Position numbers and translations under genes: made by a program
Shown here: positions 22,129 through 31,318 of the stretch, one piece after another
How positions within the stretch are numbered: position 1 is the first letter of the stretch
Layout of the letters: every line of letters begins with the position of its first letter
Source of the DNA: an uncultured virus (IMG/VR IMGVR_UViG_3300035505_000652)
Lineage: Duplodnaviria; Heunggongvirae; Uroviricota; Caudoviricetes
IMG/VR virus record: IMGVR_UViG_3300035505_000652
DNA: 64,000 nt
Direction: 5' to 3' (one strand)
Notes under the pieces: model-generated
Told to the model about the DNA's origin: nothing
Seen by the model: the letters and a program-made list of their open reading frames with translations, nothing else
Database searches by the model: none

Positions 22129-22200
22129 TGGGAATGAGGTGTAAAGGTCTGCACACGTCGTTTGGGACGATGGGGAGGGGTTCAAGTCCCACATTTCCAA
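22129..22200 (+). tRNA. tRNA-Pro(UGG), atypical, second copy
   Basis: two substitutions relative to 21833-21904. Confidence 0.8.
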
Positions 22201-22231
22201 TCATCCAAGGAATATCGTCTTGGATTTGCAT

Positions 22232-22304
22232 GGGCGTATAGTTTAATTGGTAAAATACGAAACTCTTAATTTTGAAGATGGGGGTTCAAGTCCCCCTGCG
22301 CCTA
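22232..22304 (+). tRNA. tRNA-Lys(CUU)
   Basis: CGAAA-CTCTTAA-TTTTG arm. Confidence 0.88.
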
Positions 22305-22335
22305 TTTTAATTTTTAAACAAAGGAGGGGAGATTT

Positions 22336-22740
22336 ATGAAGATTACTTACAATTTTGGAATATTGAAAAACAAATTAATAGGCATTGAACTTAATGGGGA
22401 GATTTGGTTTAATGTTTTAAAGAATTTCAAGCAGAATGGGGAGAATATATTTTTGAAGTTTGAAAATTCCACATTGCAAATCAATTGCCAGCATTTCCTT
22501 CACATGAAGGTTGTGGAAAAGAATAATGTTGTTTGTTTTGTGGAATCAAATAATGACAAGTTAATAAATGGAATGTTTTTGTACTACATGTACAACACCC
22601 AGGGAATACCTTATGATATTTCCAAGGATTTGTTGGAGGAGAAGGGTTTTGAGGTTGATGAAGAAGGGTTTAACATTTTATACAAGACAAACCAAGACCT
22701 GTCAAAAGGAACATTCTTGAATAAAGATGCTTTCTCCTAA
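22336..22740 (+). CDS. small protein ending in an alanyl-tRNA-synthetase-like helical segment
   Basis: MYNTQGIPYDISKDLLEEKGFEVDEEGF resembles the AlaRS LYDTYGFPxDLT...GxxVDxxGF segment. Confidence 0.65.
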   Translation: MKITYNFGILKNKLIGIELNGEIWFNVLKNFKQNGENIFLKFENSTLQINCQHFLHMKVVEKNNVVCFVESNNDKLINGMFLYYMYNTQGIPYDISKDLLEEKGFEVDEEGFNILYKTNQDLSKGTFLNKDAFS

Positions 22741-22818
22741 AACCAAAAATAATGACATTATGCAATTATTAAAAATTTTTTGGAAAATGTTTGCATATGA
22801 TATATTAAAGAATTTAAA

Positions 22819-22924
22819 GCAGGCTTCGCTTGTGTGAAACCAATAATGGTTCCTTCTAAAATTTCAAATAATACTTAAAAAAAATGAAAAGCGTTAAGCT
22901 TTTTTACCATTATGAATATCCTGC
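22819..22924 (+). ncRNA. unannotated structured RNA, copy 1
   Basis: GCAGG/CCTGC and ATAATGGT/ACCATTAT stems enclosing TCCTTCTAAAA...AATAATAC and a small hairpin. Confidence 0.6.
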
Positions 22925-22949
22925 AAAATTCATTTAGTAGCAAGTGTTC

Positions 22950-23021
22950 GTCTCCATAGTTTAAGGGAAAGAACAATGCACTACGAATGCATAGATTTGG
23001 GTTCGAATCCCAATGGAGATG
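22950..23021 (+). tRNA. tRNA-Arg(ACG)
   Basis: ATGCA-CTACGAA-TGCAT arm. Confidence 0.9.
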
Positions 23022-23055
23022 CTTTAAAAAAAATGTAAGATAATGCAAAAAACAG

Positions 23056-23084
23056 TTGACAACCTAATTAAATTATGCTATACT
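23056..23084 (+). promoter_or_regulatory. sigma-A promoter with extended -10
   Basis: TTGACA-17bp-TATACT with TG extension. Confidence 0.8.
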
Positions 23085-23107
23085 AAATAAGTAATCAATC
23101 AAAACAA

Positions 23108-23191
23108 GCAGGTGTGGTGGAATAGGCAGACACGGCAGACTCAAAATCTGCAGCCTTCCAAGGCGTGTGGGTTCAAGTCCCACCACCTGCA
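23108..23191 (+). tRNA. tRNA-Leu(CAA)
   Basis: GCAGA-CTCAAAA-TCTGC arm; long variable arm. Confidence 0.92.
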
Positions 23192-23198
23192 CTAAATT

Positions 23199-23291
23199 AG
23201 GCCAAGGGAACTTGCTTCCTTCTAAAACAAGAAAAAGGAATTAATAATACAAGTTGGCATGGGCATCCATGACAAGTTCATCGAGATACCT
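23199..23291 (+). ncRNA. unannotated structured RNA, copy 2
   Basis: AGG/CCT and GAACTTG/CAAGTTC stems enclosing TTCCTTCTAAAA...AATAATAC and a CATGG/CCATG hairpin. Confidence 0.55.
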
Positions 23292-23460
23292 TATCTGCTT
23301 TGCAGAATGCCAACATAACGAAATTATTAGCAGTTTTAATATCCTAATTTAAAAATTCAAAAATGTTCTTTAGATTCATTAAAAAAAGCTATGAATAATA
23401 TTCATAGCTTTTATTTTTTTACTCAATTATATTATTTAATCCTTTTTAGGTTTTTAGTCC

Positions 23461-24093
23461 TTATAGTATCCCGCCAAATTTTTCGCATATTTTGTAATAT
23501 GCATCCTTTAACCTTTGCTTTACGTTATATCCAAATACTGCATACATGAACATGGCCACGCCTTCAATAAACAATGCCATCATTAAAACAAGAAGCAGGA
23601 TTATTATTAAAGATGAACATATCTTTCCTAAAAACATTGTTTGGTAAAGCTTCAATACCAAGGAAGATATGCCCAAGTCAATAAGGGTGTTTACTCCAAG
23701 ACACACAATGCTTAAAAATAAATTTTCAAGATAATCTGGTAAGGTGTAGATTTCATTCCCCAACAACACATCCAAGATGCTTTCTTCCAATACCCCTGAT
23801 GAAATCTTTATGATTTCCCTAATGGAGAATAAAAACATCCACAAACCCAATATAAAAAGAAAATTGGAAAAGAATATTGGAATCAAGTAAGCGAAATCAA
23901 ACTTATGCATTGTCTCCAATAAAAGCTCTTCTCTAAACAATAAGGTATTTGCCATAAGGGAGAATTTATACATTAATAAACAGACAACACCCCAAGCAAA
24001 TGAATTAATAGTCCATTCCATTAAAACCTTATTTTTGTTATCCATAAATATCATTCCTTTCTTTACAACTATCCTATCTTTACCATAAAACAT
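23461..24093 (-). CDS. hypothetical membrane protein
   Basis: 4 hydrophobic segments; start uncertain. Confidence 0.7.
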   Translation of the reverse strand: MFYGKDRIVVKKGMIFMDNKNKVLMEWTINSFAWGVVCLLMYKFSLMANTLLFREELLLETMHKFDFAYLIPIFFSNFLFILGLWMFLFSIREIIKISSGVLEESILDVLLGNEIYTLPDYLENLFLSIVCLGVNTLIDLGISSLVLKLYQTMFLGKICSSLIIILLLVLMMALFIEGVAMFMYAVFGYNVKQRLKDAYYKICEKFGGIL

Positions 24094-24549
24094 AATGGCT
24101 GAAATATAAATTATATTTTAATTAAAGCTTACCACATTTTTGGAATCTTATCAATAGTAAAGTTTATTTAAACGTGTAAAAATTTATATGTTTATGCTAT
24201 ATTATAAATTCTCATTTATGAGAATTTATTTTTTAAATAAAGGTGTTCTTAGTTTCTTTTTATTCCATTAATGAATAAACAATGAAGAAAACTCCTTTAA
24301 GTCTTATATTTACTAGTTTTCTTTAAGTTTTCTTCATTATTAAATATAAGATTCTTTATGATTTTTATTCAAGCCTTAAATTCTGCAAACTTTTCAAATA
24401 AAATCAATTCTCCTCTTTTTGTCATTTCTTGTTTAATCCCCTTAATGGGATAATGAAGCTTTGAATACTAGGATTAATGGATAAATTCACATGAATGTGA
24501 ATTTATGGGATTTTAAGGGTATTGGAAAGGCTTGCTTTAATTTGTTTTT

Positions 24550-25440
24550 ATACAAGGTTTATATGCTTGCTTTGAAAATATTCTTTAAATCAAGGTGGTA
24601 ATTTTAATTTCATACAAACTAAGCTATATATAGTTGCTTTGGAAATATTACTTAAATCAAACTGGTAATTTTTGTTTTTACAATCCAAGACGTGCTTGAA
24701 GAAAGAATAATAGCAAATGGAAAACATAATAGTAGCAAATAGACAAAATGCCAGAATATGCACAAAATAAGGCTTTGTAAATTTAATACCAAAAAGCTAC
24801 TATCTTGTAAACTTGGAGATGGTGTTTTATGGCATTATTTAGTTTATTTTTAATGATTACTAGTTTTAAAGCACATTTTAAAGTTTGTTATGGTCTTTTT
24901 AGCCAATTTCATTTTCTACTTAAAGTAAAATCTATCAATTTCCTCCCAACCCTATATGGATTTTTATACAAAATTCAAACCAAACCTCCCTCAAATAAAA
25001 GTTAATCTATATTCCCGGCAGGGAATATTCTATTAAATAAAAAAAATTAAAAATTGTCTTTTATTCTTCAATTTCCCCATTTAAGCTATAAGGATGAATG
25101 AAGATGAAGATAAGAGGCAATATGATTAGATAAAGGTATTTTATGGTATGTTAAATTTGAAATAATCTAAAACTTAAATTTAAACAGCTTGAATGATAAA
25201 GATTATTCAATTAATCAAACTGGTAATTTTGGATTATACACAATTCAATACATATATGCTTGTTTTTCAAAATATTCCTTAAATCAAACTGGTAATTTTA
25301 TAAATTCAAGAATATTGCAAGATTATTTGGCTTGGAAAGATAATCATCATTGTAGATTATTTAGATTTCAATGCAATCCAAACCATATATACCTTTATCT
25401 TTAAAATATAACTTAAACCAAGGTGGTAATTTTTGTTTTT
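24550..25440 (+). repeat. composite spacer: five family-B units, 260-bp element (24702-24962), palindrome C
   Basis: B cores at 24584, 24651, 25211, 25278, 25412. Confidence 0.85.
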
Positions 25441-25655
25441 TTTATGCAACTATTGTGCAAATAATTTGAGACTTCAAAATTTTTATTGCATAAAATAATA
25501 GAGTAATAAAAATAATTATAGCCATTCATATAAGAAACCATATTTGGATTAATAGGTGGCTATGTAATTTTTGTCTTAGCAAATTAATTTTTTTTTAAAT
25601 TATACATATAATATGAAATGATTAAAAATTTAAAGATTAGAAAGGATTATTTAAA

Positions 25656-27230
25656 ATGGCTGAAACATTAACAAAACAAGAGTTGGCAAGCAAGATATGG
25701 GAAACTGCCAACAAACTTCGTTCAAAAATCAAAGCTAATGAGTATAAGGATTATATTCTTGGCTTTATGTTCTACAAATTCCTATCAGATACAGAGGAGC
25801 AATTCTTAGAAAAGAATGATGCTACCAAGGAAGACATCAAGGATGCGGATGAGGATACAATCAAGATGATTCAAGATGAACTTGGTTATTTTATCGCATC
25901 TGATGATTTGTTTTCTTCTTGGATTGAGAAGGGTATTAATCTTGTAACATCAGATGTATCAGATGCCCTTATTAGGTTTAATTCACAAATCAAAAATGAA
26001 TATAAGAAGGTATATGAAAACATCTTCTCAACATTGTCTGGTGGGCTTTCAAAGTTTGGAGAAAACCTTGGAACTAGAAACAAGGCTGTAAGGGATATGG
26101 TTGCAATGACAGGGGAAATCCCATCAACTTCTGATGAGTATGATGTTATGGGATATATATATGAGTTCTTGATTTTTAAATTTGCAACAGCTGCAAAGGA
26201 TGACGGTGCATTCTATACGCCTCATGAGGTAAGCCTTTTGATTTCCTTGATTTGTGCAGAGGCTTGCAAGGATAAAGAACATATCCAAGTATATGACCCT
26301 ACATGTGGTTCTGCAGGGCTTCTTTTGACCATTGGTGATGCAATGTCCAAGTATGTTGACAAGGATGAAATCGAGTATTTTGGACAGGAGAAGATTACAG
26401 AGACATATAACCTTTCACGTATGAATTTGGTTATGAAGGGTTGCAAACCCGCACAAATTTCAATAAGAAATGGCGACACTCTTGAAGATGATTGGCCTTA
26501 TTTTGATGAGAATACAGAGTATAACCCAGTCTTTGTTGATGTAGTTGTTTCAAATCCACCCTACTCATTGAATTGGGAAGCAGATGGAAAAGAAAATGAT
26601 GCCAGATTTAGAGGTTATGGAGTAGCTCCAAAAAGCAAGGCTGACTATGCTTTCTTATTACATAGCTTATACCATTTAAAACCAACCGGCGTTATGGGTA
26701 TCGTTCTTCCTCATGGAGTTTTATTCAGAGGAGGCACAGAAGGTGCTATTAGAAAGCAATTGATAGAAAACAACCAAATCGAGACCATTATTGGGTTGCC
26801 AGCAAATTTGTTTTACAATACATCCATTCCAACCCTTATAATGATATTGCGCAAGAATAGAACCGCAACATATATCAATGACAAGGGTGAAGAGGTTGTT
26901 GATGATAGAATTCTTTTCGTGGATGCAAGCAAGGAGTTTAAGTCTGAAAAGAAACAAAATATTTTAACCCAAGAAAATATAGATAAAATCTTCAAAGCAG
27001 TTCAGGATAGAACTGATGTTGATAAGTTCGCACATCTTGCTACAAAGCAGGAGGTTATTGACAATGACTATAACCTCAATATTCCAAGATATGTCGATAC
27101 TTTTGAAAAGGAAGAAGAGATTGATTTGGATGATGTAAGAAATTCAATCAATAAAGTAAGAGAAGACAAACAATCTGTTTTAAATGACATTAATAAAATG
27201 ATGGCAGAATTAGGATTGGCAGATATTTAA
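25656..27230 (+). CDS. hsdM: type I R-M methyltransferase subunit
   Basis: FYTP, YDPTCGSAGLL, NPPY, LPHGVLFRGG, YNLNIPRYV. Confidence 0.95.
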   Translation: MAETLTKQELASKIWETANKLRSKIKANEYKDYILGFMFYKFLSDTEEQFLEKNDATKEDIKDADEDTIKMIQDELGYFIASDDLFSSWIEKGINLVTSDVSDALIRFNSQIKNEYKKVYENIFSTLSGGLSKFGENLGTRNKAVRDMVAMTGEIPSTSDEYDVMGYIYEFLIFKFATAAKDDGAFYTPHEVSLLISLICAEACKDKEHIQVYDPTCGSAGLLLTIGDAMSKYVDKDEIEYFGQEKITETYNLSRMNLVMKGCKPAQISIRNGDTLEDDWPYFDENTEYNPVFVDVVVSNPPYSLNWEADGKENDARFRGYGVAPKSKADYAFLLHSLYHLKPTGVMGIVLPHGVLFRGGTEGAIRKQLIENNQIETIIGLPANLFYNTSIPTLIMILRKNRTATYINDKGEEVVDDRILFVDASKEFKSEKKQNILTQENIDKIFKAVQDRTDVDKFAHLATKQEVIDNDYNLNIPRYVDTFEKEEEIDLDDVRNSINKVREDKQSVLNDINKMMAELGLADI

Positions 27231-27249
27231 TGCTTTAATTTCCACTATG

Positions 27250-27385
27250 CATAACCTACTCCCCTATGCTTTCAGCATAGGGGTATCTCCATTTAATGGG
27301 TTATTACATCAAGTTGGAACAAATCCCAGCTGCAATGGATGGATTATTTTAAAGAAACATATGCTTCAAAAATGTTTTGTTAGAA
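27250..27385 (+). pseudogene. probable hsdS 3' remnant preceded by an IS200/IS605-end-like hairpin
   Basis: LKKHMLQK resembles HsdS C-termini; CCCCTATGCT-ttc-AGCATAGGGG hairpin at 27261-27283. Confidence 0.4.
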
Positions 27386-27519
27386 CAAATAACTTTGTTT
27401 TAGGGTTTATGAATAACAATTTATTTATAAGTTCTAAAAACAAAAAATATAATAAATCAGTATATTTGTAATTAAAACATCATTAACATAGACCATTAAA
27501 CAAAAAGGAGTGACAAAAT

Positions 27520-30500
27520 TTGATTGGAAATTACACAGGACAAATGGGGGAGGCAAACTTTGAAAAAGATTTTATTGAAATGCTTGTTTCCCAAGGATGG
27601 GATGGAAATATCATAAAAAATCCCTACCACAAAACTTTAGAGGAAAATTTACGAAATATCATTAATGAAAACAATATTGACAAGCTTGGCTCGTCAGACC
27701 AATTGACCGATGCAGAGTTTGCCCAAATTATGGATAAAATAAATTCAGACTGCACTACGCCAGTTGCAGCCAATGTATTTATCAACAGCAAGCAGGTTAC
27801 AATTAAGTCTGAAATCAATAGGCAAAAATACAAGGTTGGTGATGAAATTTATCTTGACATCTTCGACCCAGTTGAGGTTGCCGGCGGAAAATCAAGATAC
27901 CAGATTGCAGAACAAATTTATTTCAATACAGACCCCAAGTACAATAATAGACGAGGGGATTTAATGCTTTTGATTAATGGATTGCCTGTAATCCATATAG
28001 AGCTTAAGGCAAGCGGACACAATCTTGAAGAAGGTACAATGCAGATACAAAAATATATGAATGAAGGAGTGTTCAAGGGATTGTTTTCTTTGATACAGGT
28101 GTTTTTTGTCGCCACTCCAGAAGACATCATTTATTTTGCAAATTCATACCCGACGCTCAATCCAACTTTCATGTTCCATTGGGGGGATAATAAAAACAAC
28201 CAGATACATAATTGGCAGCAATTGATTAAAGGACCAAGCCAAATCCTTTCAATTCCAGAAGCCCATCAGCTTGTTGGATATTATACAAGTGCAAGCATAG
28301 AAAAAGATTCCAACGGCTGTATTGAAAACATCAATAATGGGATTTTAATGGTTGCCCGTTCATACCAGATATATGCCATTAGGAATATTATGAAAAGGGT
28401 TAAGCTCCAAAGATGGGGAACACATACCCCATTAGGAGGATATGTATGGGGCACTACTGGATGCGGCAAGACTTTTACAAGCTACAAGTCTGGACAGCTT
28501 ATAACAGACAAGAATTTTGCAGACAAAGTCGTTTTTGTAGTTGACAGGGTTGAGTTATCCGACCAATCCTATAAGGAATATAATTCATTTGCAAGGGATG
28601 GAGAACCAATTGCAAAATCAAAATCCACTTATGATTTGTTTAAATTGTTGTCTGATGACAAACATAGGCTTGTGATTACATCCATTCAAAAACTTTCAAG
28701 GGTTAATGAGGAAAAATCCAAGTATGTTAATAAGGTGGATATAGACAAAATTAACAAGAAAAGAATAGTCTTTGTTATAGATGAAGCCCATCGCAGTCAA
28801 TTTGGGGAAATGCATGAGCATATCAAAAGCACGTTTACAACGGCTTTGTTTATTGGTTTTACAGGCACTCCTATTTTTAGTGAGAATGATAAGGCAGAAG
28901 GCATGACTTCTGAAATTACCTTTGGAGACTGCCTTGCAGTTTATTCAATTGCAAGCGGTATAAGGGATAAAAATGTCCTTGGGTTCAGCCCCACAATGGT
29001 TAGAACTTTTGAGGATAAAACATTGAAAGATGCCATTGCTTGTGATAGGGCAAAAGTTTCATCAAAAGATGAAGCCAAAAAAGACCCAGCAAAGTGGAAG
29101 ATTTATAAAGATACTTTGAATTATGACATGAAGACTATTGAAAAAATGCTGCCGCCAAACCAATATAATTGCCCCCAACATAGGGCGGCGGTAGTTAAAG
29201 ATATTGAAAGCGGTTGGGAAGTCCTCTCCAACGAGGGCGGGGCAATTAGATTCCATGCATTGCTTGCAACAAATTCAATTGCAGAAGCCATTGAATACTA
29301 TAGGCTGCTCAAAGTTTCAAAGACGCATGTTAAAGTAACAGCCCTTTTTGACCCCAATACAAATGGAGACAGTCAAGCTGTCATCAACAAAGAAAAAGCC
29401 ATTGTTGAAATTATTGATGATTACAATAAAATGTTTGGAACAGGAAACATTATTAATAGGGAGGCAGACCCATCCCTTAAATCATTCAAATCAGACATTA
29501 CGGCAAGACTCGCCCATAAAGGACCATACAAGCATATATCAGAAGCAGATATGATTGATATTGTTATTGTTGTAGACCAATTATTAACAGGGTTTGACAG
29601 CAAATATATCAATACATTGTATCTTGACAAAGTGCTTGAAACAGACAATCTTATACAAGCCATTTCAAGAACAAATAGGGTATTGGATTTTGATGAAAAG
29701 CCTTGGGGTATATTCAAGTGTTATAGACAGCCTTATACCATGGAGGAAAACCTTACCAATGCACTTCGCCTTTATTGCGAGGGCGGGGAAAACAGCGGGG
29801 CTATTGTAAAAAGCCTTAATGAGAATATAGATTTGGCAAACCAATTATATAAGGATATTGAAAAAATCTTTAATGATGCCAATATACAAAACTTCATGTG
29901 TCTGCCTAAATTGGATGCTGATTGTCAAAAATTTAAAGCATTGTTTAAAACCCTTGCCCAGACAATCAATGGCATGAAATTGCAAGGCTTGCATTGGAAA
30001 AAAGATGATGATGAACATGTCTTAAAGCTTGATGTATGCAAAAAATGGGTTGATGGAACCACAAGAATTTATGATATTTTATACATGAGGTATAAAGATT
30101 TAATGCCAATAAGCAGCAATACTCCAAACCAACATACTGGAAAGCTTGGGTATAGCATAATGGCAAGCCTTTCGGAAATGGAAAAAGCCAAGATTGATGC
30201 AGATTACCTTGAAGAACACTTCAAACAAATTATACCAATACTTATTGGGGATTTTGAAGAAGTTGAAAAGGATATGGCAATTGAAGAGTTCCAATCCCAG
30301 CTTGCTACATTGTCAATAACCCAACAAGAATTTGCAAATATTATCATTGAAGATATAAAGGATGGCAAACTTGATGTTGGAAACAAAACATTAAGGGAGC
30401 TTATCGCAGAATATCAGACAAATGCTGAAAACCAAATGGTTCTTGACTTTGCCGACAAATATGGCTTGAATGTAGCCTTGTTGCATAAAATATTCCATAT

Positions 30501-30636
30501 GAACGGCAATCATGACATGGAAATAAGCAAATTGTTGGAAACTTGTGACAAGGAAGTAGTTGAAAAAGCTTTTGATTGCAAATGGTTTGCAGCAAGGGTT
30601 AAACTAAATAAAGAGATAAAAGACTTCATAATGTAA
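27520..30636 (+). CDS. hsdR: type I restriction endonuclease subunit R
   Basis: GDLMLLINGLPVIHIELK, TGCGKT, DEAHRS, FTGTP, LLTGFD, QAISRTNR. Confidence 0.95.
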   Translation: MIGNYTGQMGEANFEKDFIEMLVSQGWDGNIIKNPYHKTLEENLRNIINENNIDKLGSSDQLTDAEFAQIMDKINSDCTTPVAANVFINSKQVTIKSEINRQKYKVGDEIYLDIFDPVEVAGGKSRYQIAEQIYFNTDPKYNNRRGDLMLLINGLPVIHIELKASGHNLEEGTMQIQKYMNEGVFKGLFSLIQVFFVATPEDIIYFANSYPTLNPTFMFHWGDNKNNQIHNWQQLIKGPSQILSIPEAHQLVGYYTSASIEKDSNGCIENINNGILMVARSYQIYAIRNIMKRVKLQRWGTHTPLGGYVWGTTGCGKTFTSYKSGQLITDKNFADKVVFVVDRVELSDQSYKEYNSFARDGEPIAKSKSTYDLFKLLSDDKHRLVITSIQKLSRVNEEKSKYVNKVDIDKINKKRIVFVIDEAHRSQFGEMHEHIKSTFTTALFIGFTGTPIFSENDKAEGMTSEITFGDCLAVYSIASGIRDKNVLGFSPTMVRTFEDKTLKDAIACDRAKVSSKDEAKKDPAKWKIYKDTLNYDMKTIEKMLPPNQYNCPQHRAAVVKDIESGWEVLSNEGGAIRFHALLATNSIAEAIEYYRLLKVSKTHVKVTALFDPNTNGDSQAVINKEKAIVEIIDDYNKMFGTGNIINREADPSLKSFKSDITARLAHKGPYKHISEADMIDIVIVVDQLLTGFDSKYINTLYLDKVLETDNLIQAISRTNRVLDFDEKPWGIFKCYRQPYTMEENLTNALRLYCEGGENSGAIVKSLNENIDLANQLYKDIEKIFNDANIQNFMCLPKLDADCQKFKALFKTLAQTINGMKLQGLHWKKDDDEHVLKLDVCKKWVDGTTRIYDILYMRYKDLMPISSNTPNQHTGKLGYSIMASLSEMEKAKIDADYLEEHFKQIIPILIGDFEEVEKDMAIEEFQSQLATLSITQQEFANIIIEDIKDGKLDVGNKTLRELIAEYQTNAENQMVLDFADKYGLNVALLHKIFHMNGNHDMEISKLLETCDKEVVEKAFDCKWFAARVKLNKEIKDFIM

Positions 30637-30749
30637 AATTTAAAAATAAAAAGAGATGCCTTGATTAAAAAAGCATCTCTTTTGTTTTTTATAGAATGCC
30701 CAACTTGAATTAAATCCATTGTTTTAATAAGAGAAAAAAATGGAGTTGT

Positions 30750-30990
30750 ATTAGAAATACAATTTAAACCAAACTGGTAGTTTTTGTTTTCATGCAATCC
30801 AAGGTATATATATGCTTGTTTTGGAAATATTACTTAAATCAAGGTGGTAGTTTTAGGTTTTTATATAAACCATATTCACTTTACATCCTTTATATCTCTT
30901 AAATCTCATAATACACTTTGAAGGTTAAGAGGATTAATTTTTAAGATAATAATTTTTTATTTAATGGAATATTCTCTTCGAGAATATTGA
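30750..30990 (+). repeat. spacer with two family-B units and palindrome C
   Basis: B cores at 30763 and 30833; palindrome at 30968-30988. Confidence 0.8.
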
Positions 30991-31084
30991 AGACATTTTA
31001 AGATAAAAAATAAATTGTCTAGCAAACAAGAAAACTCTTACAAGCAAATGTCATAAGAGTTTTTCTATAATAAATTTTTAGATA

Positions 31085-31318
31085 TTAATTATTGTATTCT
31101 TTAGGGTAATTCCTTACAAGATACAAACCAGTACACCCTCCAATACCGCCTCCATTGGCATTAAGAGTGCAAGCTATATTGTCACTATCATAAACCCTAT
31201 ATCCTTGTTTATGATTTCTGGAAAAATTCTTCCCATTATCCAACCATAGCTTTTCAGACACGCCTCCTATAAATACAAGTTCATTTTCACTTGGGGAGGC
31301 TTTTAAGCCTCCCTGATA
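31085..31318 (-). CDS. -1 frame extension of the DNA methyltransferase (TRD-like module, no start codon of its own)
   Basis: YQGGLKASPSENELVFIGG...KQGYRVYDSDNIACTLNANGGGIGGCTGLYLV...; opens at slippery A AAT TTT. Confidence 0.7.
   Translation of the reverse strand, partial: YQGGLKASPSENELVFIGGVSEKLWLDNGKNFSRNHKQGYRVYDSDNIACTLNANGGGIGGCTGLYLVRNYPKEYNN

Noticed and set aside
21744..22231. ORF-track entries overlapping the tRNA cluster
   Set aside because: Shadow ORFs of tRNA genes
24800..24950. Short minus-strand ORFs after GGAGG in the 260-bp element
   Set aside because: RBS spacing is only about 3 nt and the longer frame differs between the two copies
25189..25404. 71-aa ORF with repeated LNQTGNF
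   Set aside because: Translation of family-B DNA repeats; no RBS, and the frame is not kept in other arrays
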